The notes under the pieces are model-generated. The model did no database searches. It worked only from the letters and a program-made list of their open reading frames with translations, and was not told the DNA's origin. Shown here piece by piece: positions 31,626-41,740 of a stretch of DNA of 64,000 nt; position 1 is the first letter of the stretch, and the number at the start of each line of letters is the position of its first letter. The stretch is from Prasinococcaceae sp. CCMP 1430 (lineage: Eukaryota; Plantae; Prasinodermophyta), in contig RQSC01000032.1 of the NCBI GenBank assembly GCA_013416795.1, positions 786,578-850,577 of the forward strand, read 5' to 3'. The translations under genes and the position numbers were made by a program.

Positions 31626-32531
31626 ATGCCGCGCAAGAGCGCGCGTGCGCAAAAGGCGACGGCCGCGTCGGTCGTCACCGATGAGATGCGCGCGATGGCC
31701 GCGCTCGCGAGGCTCGACGCGCTCAACAGGGACGATGGGTGCGTGTGCGCCGACCGGGATGCCCGCCCGCCCGCTCGCGTGACCGCGCGCCCGCCCCGCG
31801 CGTGCGCCGCCGCCGGGAGGCTGGGCACGTTTGGCGCGTCCAAGCGCGCTGACACCCCAGCTATGCTGCGTGGGCTCTGTTCCCAACGGGGTGCTCGCGC
31901 AAACTCGGTCGTGTGCGCGTGCGCACTCGCGCCCCCCCCCTGTGCCCGTGCGCGCACGCATTCAGTGGCGCTGCCGACGCCGAGGCCGAGGCGGAAGGCT
32001 CAGACGATGAATACGTCTTCGAAGGCGAGGAGGTCGACGAGGACGGCGACCTTGTGGAGAAGTCCTCGCGCAAGAAGGGCAAGGCCAAGGCCAGGGGGGG
32101 GGCGAAGGGACGCGGCAAGAAGGCGGTCGCTGCGGGTGTGGGCCCGCGGCGCACGAAGAAAACGCGCGCGGCTCGTGGCGCAGCCGCGTCCGCTGCGGCG
32201 CGTGCAGGACTCGCCTCGCTCCTGGAGGAGGCGCCAGGTACGTGCGCCCCCGATCGCGAGACCTCGCGCGCGGCGAGCGCGCGTGTACGTACTGACGCAG
32301 GCGCTCTTGGTCCTCCACGCGAGCTCAGAGGCCGCACGCCGCGCGTACCTGTTCGCGTCGGCCACGCCGAGCACGTATCCGTCCCGGCGCTTCTGCGACC
32401 TTAGCGGCAACGAGGCGAAGTACGTCGACCCCAACACGCGCATGCGGTACGCTGGGAGGAAGGAGTTCCGCATGATCCAGGAAATGCCGGCCCTGGCAGT
32501 GCAGGCGAGGACGCTCCGCAACGTCAGGTAG
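31626..32531 (+). CDS. SWR1 complex subunit SWC6/ZNHIT1-like protein with a degenerate YL1-C-like C-terminal finger, 3 exons
   Basis: AALARLDALNRDD, acidic/basic linker, LASLLEEA, YLFASATPSTYPSRRFCDLSGNEAKYVDPNTRMRY. Confidence 0.65.
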   Translation: MPRKSARAQKATAASVVTDEMRAMAALARLDALNRDDGCVCADRDARPPARVTARPPRACAAAGRLGTFGASKRADTPAMLRGLCSQRGARANSVVCACALAPPPCARARTHSVALPTPRPRRKAQTMNTSSKARRSTRTATLWRSPRARRARPRPGGGRRDAARRRSLRVWARGARRKRARLVAQPRPLRRVQDSPRSWRRRQVRAPPIARPRARRARVYVLTQALLVLHASSEAARRAYLFASATPSTYPSRRFCDLSGNEAKYVDPNTRMRYAGRKEFRMIQEMPALAVQARTLRNVR

Positions 32532-32712
32532 CCCCTGCGGGCGCGAGCGCCGTCGGAATGCGGGTCCGCCCCTGGCCTCGCCTGAGATCGAGCTGGCAGG
32601 CTCTCGCTGGCACCACGCCACGCATGGCACGGGCGTGCGCGCGCCCGCGAGCTCGTGCGCGCGACGAAGAATAATACTTACGAGATAATACAGCGGTGTC
32701 TCCGTAACAGGG

Positions 32713-33613
32713 CTAGGCCTTGTTGGGGTAGCTCCTAGCGCCGAAGATGGTGGAGCCAACGCGCACGTTGGTCGAGCCCATTCTCACGGCCGCCTCGAAG
32801 TCACCACTCATGCCCATCGACAGGTCAAGCGCGTCCTCGTCGAGCGCGAGTGCCGCCGCGACCTCGGCGCGGCATCGCGCGAGGCACTCGAAGTTCTCGG
32901 GCTTGGAGGTGTAATCTGGCATGCCGATGGTCATCAACCCAAGGAGCTCCAGGTTCGGGCATGCCTCGCTCACGATGTGCTTGGCGAGCTCTACCGCCGC
33001 CTCGCCGGGCTCAACTCCTGCCTTCGACTCCTCGCCGGATGTGTTGACTTGCACCATCACGCCGAGCTTGTCGGCGCGCCCCGCGTTCTCGCACGCGTTA
33101 CTGAGTTTGGTGGCGATCTTCGCAGAGTCCACGCTCTCGACGCACGCCAGCGATGGCACGCCCCTTCCGCACCACGCGTGGGGGCGCGCACGCGTCCCAG
33201 GGTCAGCTCGTGCATGCGCGCGGCTGCAACGCGGCGCGCAGAGCGGCGCGGCGCGACCACAACGCTGCGTCGTGCCACGCACTGCGGCGGAGCACCCGAG
33301 GGAGGCGAACGGCGCTCACGCACTTGACTAGCGCATTCGCCTTGTTGGACTGCAAGTGTCCGATGTAGTGCCACTGCACGTCCTCGGGCATCTGCGGCGC
33401 CTTCTCTGTGATCTCCTGGACGTAGTTCTCGCCGAACACGCGCTGGCCCGCCGCATACGCCTCGCGCAGCAGCTCGACAGGCTTTGTCTTCGAGACAGCC
33501 ACGAGACGCGGCGCCCTGCCCCCACCCTCCCGCGCCGCCGCGGCGCCGTCGATGCGCTCGCGCACGTCCGCCAGCGCCGCGGCGACGTCGTGCACTGCGG
33601 CCTCTGCCGCCAT
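32713..33613 (-). CDS. PLPBP: Pyridoxal phosphate homeostasis protein (YggS/PROSC), 2 exons
   Basis: [77 protein letters not shown]. Confidence 0.95.
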
Positions 33614-34009
33614 CGCACAGGGCAGCGGTGCGCCGCGCGCGCGCTGTGGCGCGCCGCCGCCCCGCCTCGGGGCTCGGATCGGCGCCGGATCGCAATGCCA
33701 TCAAAATGCGCTCTCAAAAAGGTTCTACGAATGGCCCTTGCCCCTTGATCACACATTCTCTTTTGCGCACGGACCACCGTTACGGTTAGGATAAAACCTT
33801 AACTCGTGTGGCGCCGCGGTCCCATCAAAACGCGTTGGATTTCGCCGGGCGCTTTTTGAGGAATTGATGGGACAGGGTGGGTGCGGCGGGCCGTTCCCGA
33901 CCGCACGTGCGCCGGCGCCGGGCGCCCGCACAAACCGTAACTGACGCGCCAGGAGATGCAGCGCGCGGGCGGCAGGCGCGAGTGGGCGCGGGCGCGTCGC
34001 GAACGAAGN

Positions 34010-35079
34010 CCGTGGCGGCCGCGGCGGCAGCGGCGGGTGCGGCCGCTGTTGCGGCGGTCGCGGCACCCGCGCCTGCAAAAGCGCTGCAAGGTTCCATGGC
34101 CCTCCTCCCCGCGTCGCAGATGCGCGAGAACGCATCGTGGCGCCTTTTTGAAACCGCTGGTGAGCGCGTCGTCGCGAGTCACCCCTCGAGCCAGCATGCG
34201 GAGAAACTCGCCATCGGTGCCGTGGCCGGAGCGGTGTCCAAGACTGTCGTGGCGCCAGTCGAGCGCTGCCGCGAACTCGCGCAGGCGTCCGCGGGCGCCT
34301 CCAAGGGGCTGTTCGCGATGCTCGCGGGCATCGTGCGAAACGAGGGGGCAGCGCAGCTATGGCGCGGCAACGGCCTCTCGCTGCTCAAAATAGTCCCCTA
34401 CGTGGCACTGCAGTTCACGCTCTATGACGCGGCGAAGGACGCGCTCTCCCAAGCGCGCGGCCAGCTCGGGGTGGTAGAGCGGGTCGCTGCAGGCGTGATG
34501 GCTGGCGGCGTGGCCAGCCTAGTGACATACCCCTTCGACTGCCTCAAGACGCAAATCAGTGCGGGAGGGCTGAAAGGCTCCCTGCCGCAAGTGACGCGGA
34601 AGGTGGTCGCCAGGCTGGGGGTCGGGGGGCTCTACCAGGGCCTGATGCCGAGCCTCAGCATAAACGTCATTGGGACGGCCATCGGCTTCAACATAATGGA
34701 CGCCATGGCCGACGCCTACCGCGATTCGGTCGCGCGGGGGCGCCATCTGACAGCGCTTGAGACGGCTTTCCTGGGGGGCATTAGTGGAATCTGCTGCGCT
34801 GGCCTCTCGCTGCCCTTCTACACCAGCTCGGCGCGCTTGCGCGTTCAGGGGCTCAAGGGATGGCCCGTGCGTTACGAGGGCATGACCCACTGCATCGCCA
34901 CGATGGTTCGCACGGAGGGCGTGCGTTCGCTCTATCGCGGTGCCGTGCCGCTGATCGTCAAGATCTTCCCGCAGATCGGCATTATATACTACATAACAGA
35001 GGCGCTCCGCCGCCACTACGGCGTGAGCGGGCTCAGCGTGTACGAGCAGGCAGCAGGCAGCACCGGCCGCGCGCTGTGA
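34010..35079 (+). CDS. Mitochondrial carrier (SLC25) family protein; 5' end at an N join
   Basis: Three carrier repeats: APVERCR, LWRGNG..LLKIVPY, YPFDCLKTQ, GLYQG, SLYRG; third signature degenerate. Confidence 0.88.
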
Positions 35080-35229
35080 GCGAGCGGCGGCGTGTCGCGC
35101 GGGCACATCGACCGCGGCGCAACACGCTCCTACAGCAGCACCAACACTACGAACAACGACATCTCTTTGTTTGACGGGTGCTTGTGCTGGGTCTCTCGGT
35201 GCTTGCTGCTGGCCGGGCCTTCATATCAG

Positions 35230-37173
35230 TCAGCAGGTTGCTTGCACGTGCGGCTCGAAGCGCCGCTCGTACAGCGGCGGCTTCGAGGGGCAGCGCTCGC
35301 GCATGTGCGCGAATGGCTCTACTTCGCTCCAGTGGCGCAGCATCATCTCATAATCGCCCATCACCTGCTTCGGCTCGGCGCTCGTGTCGAAGACGGCAAG
35401 CTCGGTGAGGTCAACGGGCGTAAACTCGGTGCACTGCACGGATGAGGCGCCACCTTCGACGCCGTCAAAGAAGCCCGCCTCCTTCCACATGCGGCAGACG
35501 AACGTGTCGCACACGGATGCAAGGCCAGCGGGATAGGCGCCGTTGGGCGCGCCCGGGTACTCCCAGTCGTCCTGCTCAGGCATGCGCACGAGGTCCAGGA
35601 AGGTCAGGTTGCGCTCGCGCGCCACCTTCAGCAGTGCGGCCGTCTCAAGGTCGTTGGGAAGCTGCAACCCCAGCCGCTTCGAGAGGGCCGAGTTCCAGAG
35701 GCTGGGGATGGGCAGGTCGGGTGAGGCGCGCGCGATGGCCCTGTCCAGCAGAGGATCGATGAGGGCGAAGCCGCACGCCACGAGACGCCAGTCGGCTGGA
35801 GACGGAAGGTTCTCATTGCCGAGGTCCAGGAACGTGAAGAGCATATTGACGTAGCCGTACAGCCTCCCCTCGTGCTCGTTCGCGAACACTTCGGCGATCC
35901 GACCCTCGCGCTGCGCGAAGAGCTTCGCATGCGACGCCGACAGGCGCAGATGCAGGACATTGTAGCTCGCCGCCTGCGCTTGCGCCATCCACTGGGCGTA
36001 AGGGGTCCGCTGCACGAAGTTTGTCGGCCAGTAGTTCGATTTTGTCTGCGACTCCACGATGTACAGCTCGCCGCCGAAGCGCAGCGCCATCACGCTGTGC
36101 CCGCAGTAGGAGCCGGTACCCCACATGATGAGCGGATCCAGCCCGTCGAGCCGGACGATGCAGAAGTAGTCGCCGCTTTGCACGTCGGCCTCGGCCGGCA
36201 CGCGCGTGCGCGCCGCCTCGCCCGCGCGCGGCCGCATGTCGATCCCCACGTAGTCGCGCAGGAAGGCCGCGTTGCGCGCGGCCGTGCCCGAATCCACGGG
36301 CTGCGTGAGGACGCCAACGAAGAGCAGCAGCGTCTCAAAAGTGGCGGACACGAGGTGGCGCGCATCCTCTTGGAAATGAAAGAGGCGCACGCCATCCTGG
36401 CGGAGCTCGTCGGCCTCTGACGCGCTGAGGCCTTCCCAGCGCACTGTATGCGCGCCCGCACGCCCTCCGAGGCGCTCGACGTGCCAGCCGGTCGTCGTGA
36501 GCATCGCGTACCAGTCGCCGCACAGCGGTCCGCCGGTGGGTTCGGGCGTTTCCAGCGTGAGCGTCGCGGAGTACGTGCCATCCTCCGCGGCGGGCCCCTC
36601 GAGCGCGCCCATGCGCGCAGCGGTCCACGAGTAGCACGGCGTGCGGTACGAGCTGACGTTCCAGCGCAGCGCTGGCGCCGCCGCGTCCGCGCGCGCGGAC
36701 CCAACAAACTCGGGGATCATGCGCCACTCCTCCGCGGGCATCGGCAGCGCCTCGTGTTCGCCGCCGCCGCCGTCGGTCGCCAGCAGCCTGCGCATGGCGG
36801 CCGCGGCGGCAGTGGTGGCTGCTCCGACTCTGGGGCCGCCCGCGGCGTGCACTCCGACGGCTTGGGCAGAGGCGACACCGGACGCGCTCGCGAAGCCCAA
36901 CGCGCGCGCGTACTCCGCGAGCGGGAGCGGCTCGGGGGGTAGCCCAGCGTCGAGGTCACGCACGAGCGTCGCGCGGGCGGCGTCGTGGCGCCACACGCGC
37001 TTGCCGCGGGGGGCGTCGCGCGGCTCGACCTCGCGCCACCGCTCGCCCAACGCACCGGCCTCGTCGCCGAGCGTGCCGAGCGCGGCGCATGCGTGCGCGG
37101 CCACCAGCGCCAGCACCAGAGCGCATGTGAGCACCGCCTGCGCGGCGCGCCCTCGTGCCACCCGCAAGGCCAT
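35230..37173 (-). CDS. Secreted permuted papain-like (NlpC/P60-type) protein of the plant At1g70160/At5g54870-like family
   Basis: Signal peptide; QSGDYF, GHSVMAL..LYIVES (His before Cys), YGYVNMLFTFLD, SVCDTFVCRMWKEAGFF, VQCTEFTP. Family match is from recall. Confidence 0.6.
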   Translation of the reverse strand: MALRVARGRAAQAVLTCALVLALVAAHACAALGTLGDEAGALGERWREVEPRDAPRGKRVWRHDAARATLVRDLDAGLPPEPLPLAEYARALGFASASGVASAQAVGVHAAGGPRVGAATTAAAAAMRRLLATDGGGGEHEALPMPAEEWRMIPEFVGSARADAAAPALRWNVSSYRTPCYSWTAARMGALEGPAAEDGTYSATLTLETPEPTGGPLCGDWYAMLTTTGWHVERLGGRAGAHTVRWEGLSASEADELRQDGVRLFHFQEDARHLVSATFETLLLFVGVLTQPVDSGTAARNAAFLRDYVGIDMRPRAGEAARTRVPAEADVQSGDYFCIVRLDGLDPLIMWGTGSYCGHSVMALRFGGELYIVESQTKSNYWPTNFVQRTPYAQWMAQAQAASYNVLHLRLSASHAKLFAQREGRIAEVFANEHEGRLYGYVNMLFTFLDLGNENLPSPADWRLVACGFALIDPLLDRAIARASPDLPIPSLWNSALSKRLGLQLPNDLETAALLKVARERNLTFLDLVRMPEQDDWEYPGAPNGAYPAGLASVCDTFVCRMWKEAGFFDGVEGGASSVQCTEFTPVDLTELAVFDTSAEPKQVMGDYEMMLRHWSEVEPFAHMRERCPSKPPLYERRFEPHVQATC

Positions 37174-37729
37174 CGCGTCCCGGGCTTGGCGGGCGGGACC
37201 CTCCAGGCACTCCCCACCCTGTCCTCGCGACCTCGGCAAACACCCAAAAAGCGAGAGCGCGCGCGGCCGGGTGCTCCGCGCTCCGCGCACGGCGCGCGTA
37301 GCGCTCGCCTCCCTGAAACCCCACCGCCAACCACCCACACACGCCTCCTTCCCCTCCCCCGTCCCCCTTGCTCCGTGCCGCCGCGTGGCGCCGCCGTGCC
37401 GGGAAGGCGCCCGGCGGCCAGTGTGGCGCCACGTCCGCCCCTCGCTCTGCGGCGCCCCGCATCGCGCGTGTTTCGGCGGCGCGCAGGCGCTCACGCTGGG
37501 CGCTTTGGAACCCCTGAGGACTTATTCAAAAATACAAAAACAAAGATGGATTCGCTGTAAAGAAGGGAATTATTGATGGAATCCACAGAATCCCTTTGCC
37601 TTTGCGCACGCGCGTGCGCGCGCGCGCGGCGCCGACTGCCGCCAGCCTGGCGCGCACCGTGCCGCCACACACGCGCGGGCACTCGCGCGCGCGCGCTCTC
37701 GCGCGCGTGGGTGTGCGCGCACGTGTGTC

Positions 37730-37850
37730 GACACGCGTGTGTGTGTGTCTTGGGGGGGGGGGAGTCACGTGTGGGGGCACGTGTGTGTGTGATTGCGTGC
37801 GTGTGCGTGCGCGTGCGTGCGCTCGCGCGCGTGCGTGTGTGCGCGAGTGC
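37730..37850. repeat. (GT)/(GC) dinucleotide-rich tract
   Basis: Directly visible alternating purine-pyrimidine run upstream of the MJ0570-like gene. Confidence 0.8.
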
Positions 37851-37915
37851 GCCCTCGCGCGCTGCCCGGCGAGGGCGTGGCCGGACGAGGGCGCCGCCCG
37901 GCGAGTGCGCTGGCG

Positions 37916-38701
37916 ATGCGCGAGGCGCAGGCGCTGAGCGTGGACCCGCGCGCGGCGTGCGCGGTGAGCTGGAGCGGCGGGAAGGACTGCAACCTGGCGC
38001 TCCTCCGCGCGTGGCGCGAGCCCTCGCTGGAAGTGCGCGCCCTCTGCGTGTTCCGCCCGCCGCGCGCCGCGTTCAGGGCGCACCCGCTTGCGCTGATGGA
38101 GGCGCAGGCGCGCGCGCTGGGGCTGCCGCTGCTGCACGCCGTCGTGGACGCGGAGGCGCACGCGGGCAGCTACGAGGCGGCCTACATCGCGGCGCTGGAG
38201 GGCCTGCACCGCGAGCACGGCATTGCGGTTGTGGCCAGCGGCGACATGGACCTCGTGGGCACCATGCCGCGCAACTGGCTGACACAGTGCTGCGAGGCGT
38301 GCTCGCCGCCGATGCGCGCCTTCCTGCCGCTTTGGGGCGCCGACCGCGAAGGGGTGCTGAGGGAGCTGCTCGACCAGGGCGTTGAACCCGTCTTCAGCTG
38401 CGTCAAGAGCCCCTTCTTCGACGAGTCGTGGATCGGTCGCAAGCTTGACGCCTCCGCGGTGGAGGAGATGAAGATAAAGCGCAGCAGCGGCGTCGGCAGC
38501 GACGAGGCAGGCCTCGACCTCTGCGGCGAGAGGGGGGAGTACCACACGATGGTGGTGGACGGCCCGCTATATGCGCGGCCGGTGGATGCGGCCAGCGGTC
38601 GCGCGGTCGAGCTCGTGGGTGAAAAGGGGCAGCCCGAAGGGCAGAGATGGTGGGTGCTGCAGCTGCCGCTCGGGCCGGAAGGCGAGGCGCTGGAGCGCTG
38701 A
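37916..38701 (+). CDS. Diphthamide-synthase-like / MJ0570-family PP-loop ATP pyrophosphatase, bacterial-type
   Basis: VSWSGGKDC, MEAQARALGLP, VASGD, PLWG, DLCGERGEYHTMVVDGPLY; intronless; TGTAA at about 38723. Confidence 0.85.
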   Translation: MREAQALSVDPRAACAVSWSGGKDCNLALLRAWREPSLEVRALCVFRPPRAAFRAHPLALMEAQARALGLPLLHAVVDAEAHAGSYEAAYIAALEGLHREHGIAVVASGDMDLVGTMPRNWLTQCCEACSPPMRAFLPLWGADREGVLRELLDQGVEPVFSCVKSPFFDESWIGRKLDASAVEEMKIKRSSGVGSDEAGLDLCGERGEYHTMVVDGPLYARPVDAASGRAVELVGEKGQPEGQRWWVLQLPLGPEGEALER

Positions 38702-38802
38702 GGATCGCCGCCGGTCGTATCTTGTAACAATGAATGTACGTTAGTGCCTTGCGTCCTTTTAGTTGTACTACTGTATGGTTGTGTGCAGCGGTGCCGTCCA
38801 CG

Positions 38803-40416
38803 TCAATCGTGGACGTCGGCTGGCTCAGCACCGGCGCTCTCATTCGATGCCGGCGCTGGCAGTGCGACCACGGGCGCTGCCGCCGCTACGAGGGGCGAAA
38901 AGGCAGGCATGACGTCGAGGCGGCCGACGGCGTTGTTGTTGTCCGCGCCAGAGCCGGCGAGCGGCATGACTTCGCTGTGGCACCAGTGCTCGCCGTTCAC
39001 GATAAACTTGCACTCGAACACGGTCGGGTTGAGGTCCGTGTCGTCGTCAGCGGGGACGCGCGGCCCCGCGGCCTTCTTCGACGCGAAGAGCGACTTGAGC
39101 GACGCGGTGCGGATCGGGCAGGCGAGCGTGCAGCTCCAGCTCGAGCCCTGCGACCGCGGCAGGAGCGCGACTCGCCCTTTCCAGTCGTCCCAGCTGCCGG
39201 CCACCTCGACGCTCTCGACTCGTCCCTCTTCGAGGTCCCTCGCGGCCGGGCTGAAATTCACGTCGAAGACCGCGATGACATCGAGGTATGCGTTGGCGAT
39301 CAACGCATCGTCCATCATCGTCGCCTCTCGATTGTCCGATACGTCGCTCGCCTCGACCTCGATCACATCATCCTCGCTTGGTTCAACGACACCCGAGACC
39401 AACAGCTGAGGCCCTTCTTGATCTCTGAGAGCCTTGGGATCGCGCGTCGCCGCGGCTTCGAGTGCTTCGATCGTCGGCGCGGCTGCCTCGAGCATCGGCG
39501 CGGCTGCGTCGGGCGTCGGCAACGCCGCGTCTGACGTCACCGGAACTGCCGCGTCCTCAGGTGTGAGGATAGCGCCGCCGTCGGCTGTGCCACCCGCAGC
39601 GGACCCAGTGACCCTCATAGTCGTCACGGTCTCCGTGGTCACTGAGTGCTTCATCGTGATCTCGGCCGTTCCACCGCTCGCAGCGGCGGCGCCCGCGAGC
39701 CCGTAGACGTGCAGGGGGAGAACGCTGGCCGGGGACCCCGATGCCACCTCGCCAGCCTGATCAGGTCGCGCGAGCTCGCCCGGAGCTTGGTGAGGCACCA
39801 GGGCGCCGCTTTGGCGCGCGTCAGCAGCTGCAGCTGCGTCAGCAGCTCCAGCTGGGATCTGGAGCATCGCCAAGTCCGACACGCCGACGGCGCACTCCGG
39901 CGATGCGACGTGATCGAGGGACGTCGGCGCGGCGCCCTCCCGCCCGAGGCGCGCCCGAAGCACGAAGTTGCCCCCGTCGCTCGCCCCGATCCACGACGCG
40001 GGCGCGCCCTTCCGGAGGACGACTATCTTGAACTCGGCCAGCGCCCCGCACGGCACGGCGATGTCCACCGACCACGCGTCCTCGGCGTCGGGACTTCCCG
40101 AATTCGCCATCGCGACGGCGCGGTCCAGGTCCCACTCGCCCAGCGCGGCGAGGCTCCCGCACACTGCCAGCTGTTCGCCGAACTCCACCCGGCGACGTGC
40201 CACGAGTCTCACCACGGCAGCCGCGCCCTGCTGCCCCTGGAGTGCAGCGCTTCCCTCCGTTTCCGCCGTGTTGCCGCCGACGGCCGACGCCCGGCACGTC
40301 CGGCGGTGGCTCGAGGTGGAGGGACTCCTCGCCCCGACAGCACCGCGTGGCCGCAGCGGCAGCAGCGGCTCGCGGCGCGCGCGCTGTGGCGCACCGCAGC
40401 GGCGTGCGGCGCACAT
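38803..40416 (-). CDS. Non-catalytic starch-binding protein, CBM20 + CBM48, with a putative plastid transit peptide
   Basis: CBM20: VEFGEQLAVCGSLAALGEWD..AVAM...WSVDIAVP...EFKIVV. CBM48/AMPK-beta-like: VEVAGSWDDWK...W..ECKFIVNGEHW. R/S-rich N-terminus. Confidence 0.75.
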   Translation of the reverse strand: MCAARRCGAPQRARREPLLPLRPRGAVGARSPSTSSHRRTCRASAVGGNTAETEGSAALQGQQGAAAVVRLVARRRVEFGEQLAVCGSLAALGEWDLDRAVAMANSGSPDAEDAWSVDIAVPCGALAEFKIVVLRKGAPASWIGASDGGNFVLRARLGREGAAPTSLDHVASPECAVGVSDLAMLQIPAGAADAAAAADARQSGALVPHQAPGELARPDQAGEVASGSPASVLPLHVYGLAGAAAASGGTAEITMKHSVTTETVTTMRVTGSAAGGTADGGAILTPEDAAVPVTSDAALPTPDAAAPMLEAAAPTIEALEAAATRDPKALRDQEGPQLLVSGVVEPSEDDVIEVEASDVSDNREATMMDDALIANAYLDVIAVFDVNFSPAARDLEEGRVESVEVAGSWDDWKGRVALLPRSQGSSWSCTLACPIRTASLKSLFASKKAAGPRVPADDDTDLNPTVFECKFIVNGEHWCHSEVMPLAGSGADNNNAVGRLDVMPAFSPLVAAAAPVVALPAPASNESAGAEPADVHD

Positions 40417-40920
40417 CAAAACGAATGGAGCGCAGGTGATGGCGCGTGATGGTGGAACGCAGGTGCCATCAAATCGCATCGTTTGGTTGGGCTTCGCGCG
40501 AACGTTGGAAAAAACGCATGCGCGCCGATGGCGGGGCCTTGCGCGGAAGCTTCAGAGATACTAAATAATATTTAAGATCAACTTACCACACGGGCGACCC
40601 TTATCCACACTCGATCGCGTGCCGCGGCCGCGCGCGTGGCGCGCGCGCGCGCGGGCGGGGATTCCCCGCCACACGCGCACAGGCGCGGGGCCGGGGCCAG
40701 AGGGGGTTGCGAGCGGCGAGGCGCGACTCTCCCGCCACACCTGCGGACGGCCTCCCTCGCCCGGAGACAGATGGCGTCCACCGCGGGGCGCTGTGGCGCG
40801 GCGCGCGGCGGCCGCGCCCCAGGGCACCCGCACCACCAGGGCGGCGCCAGAATCCCGCCGCAGCTCCTCGAGGACGAGTGGGCGCAGCGGCAGCAGGTGC
40901 GCGCGCGCGCATAGGGATGC

Positions 40921-41465
40921 GAGTGCGCCCGCGCCCGGGCCACAGCGCAGGCGGCGGCGGTGGCCGCGTGCCAGCGGAGGGAGCGGCGGAGGGGGCGGAG
41001 GGAGGAGATCTTGTGCGATGCGGTCCTTGTCACGGTACCACTGGGCGTGCTCAAGGCCGGCTCGATCGAGTTTGACCCACCGTTGCCGCGCGCGAAGCGC
41101 AATGCCATTGACAAGCTCTGCTGTGGCGGGCTTGAAAAGCTGGTGCTCGAATTCCCGCAGTCTTTCTGGAAGGATCATCCGGCATTCGCTGGACCCATGG
41201 TCAGCGTGGTCGCCGAGCCTGAGGAAGGTGCAGGCGCCGAGGCTGCTGAGGCGGCGAAGAGGACGGATGGTGACAGCGACAGCGACGACGACGCTGACCG
41301 CGGCGTGGAAGCTTTCGACGGCGCATCGCTCACAAGCTCCGTCGCTGGGCGCTGCTTCATGTTCTGGAACGGCGAGCTCGTGCACGGAAAGCCGATATTG
41401 ACGACGCTGCTCGCCGGCGAGGCCGCACATGCTGCACTGCGGCCCGGTGGCGGCGAAGCCGCCAA
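40921..41465 (+). pseudogene. Internal fragment of a flavin amine oxidase (LSD1/polyamine oxidase family), cut at the N join
   Basis: CDAVLVTVPLGVLKAGSIEFDPPLP..KRNAIDKL..GGLEKLVLEFPQSFW, FMFWN, LTTLLAGEAA. No N-terminal Rossmann motif and no C-terminus in the window. More likely an assembly fragment than a true pseudogene. Confidence 0.7.
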
Positions 41466-41740
41466 NGCGCCAGAGCGCGCGCGCGCGCGCGGGCGCGCGA
41501 GCGCGCGCGGGGCGGGGCCCCCAGGGGGGGAGAGAGAGAGAGAGAGAGAGCGAGGGGGAGGGGGCCGGCGCGAGGGCTCCGGCAGGCAAGGGGCGGGGGG
41601 GGAGGTCCCGAGGCGCGCCCCTCCTCTTCGGGGGATTTCGAGGGGAGGCGCGGCGCGGCAGGCGCAACAGCTGCTAATTTGGCGCGGTTTCGCGCGCGCG
41701 CTTTTTTCCGAGGCGCGCAGCGATCGGGGCTCCGGCGAGA

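Noticed and set aside
14079-41465. Apparent cluster of chromatin genes (SWIB, TAF4-like, methyltransferase, Ki-67-like, SWC6-like, LSD1-like)
   Set aside because: They are interspersed with unrelated genes, and enrichment cannot be shown without genome-wide statistics.
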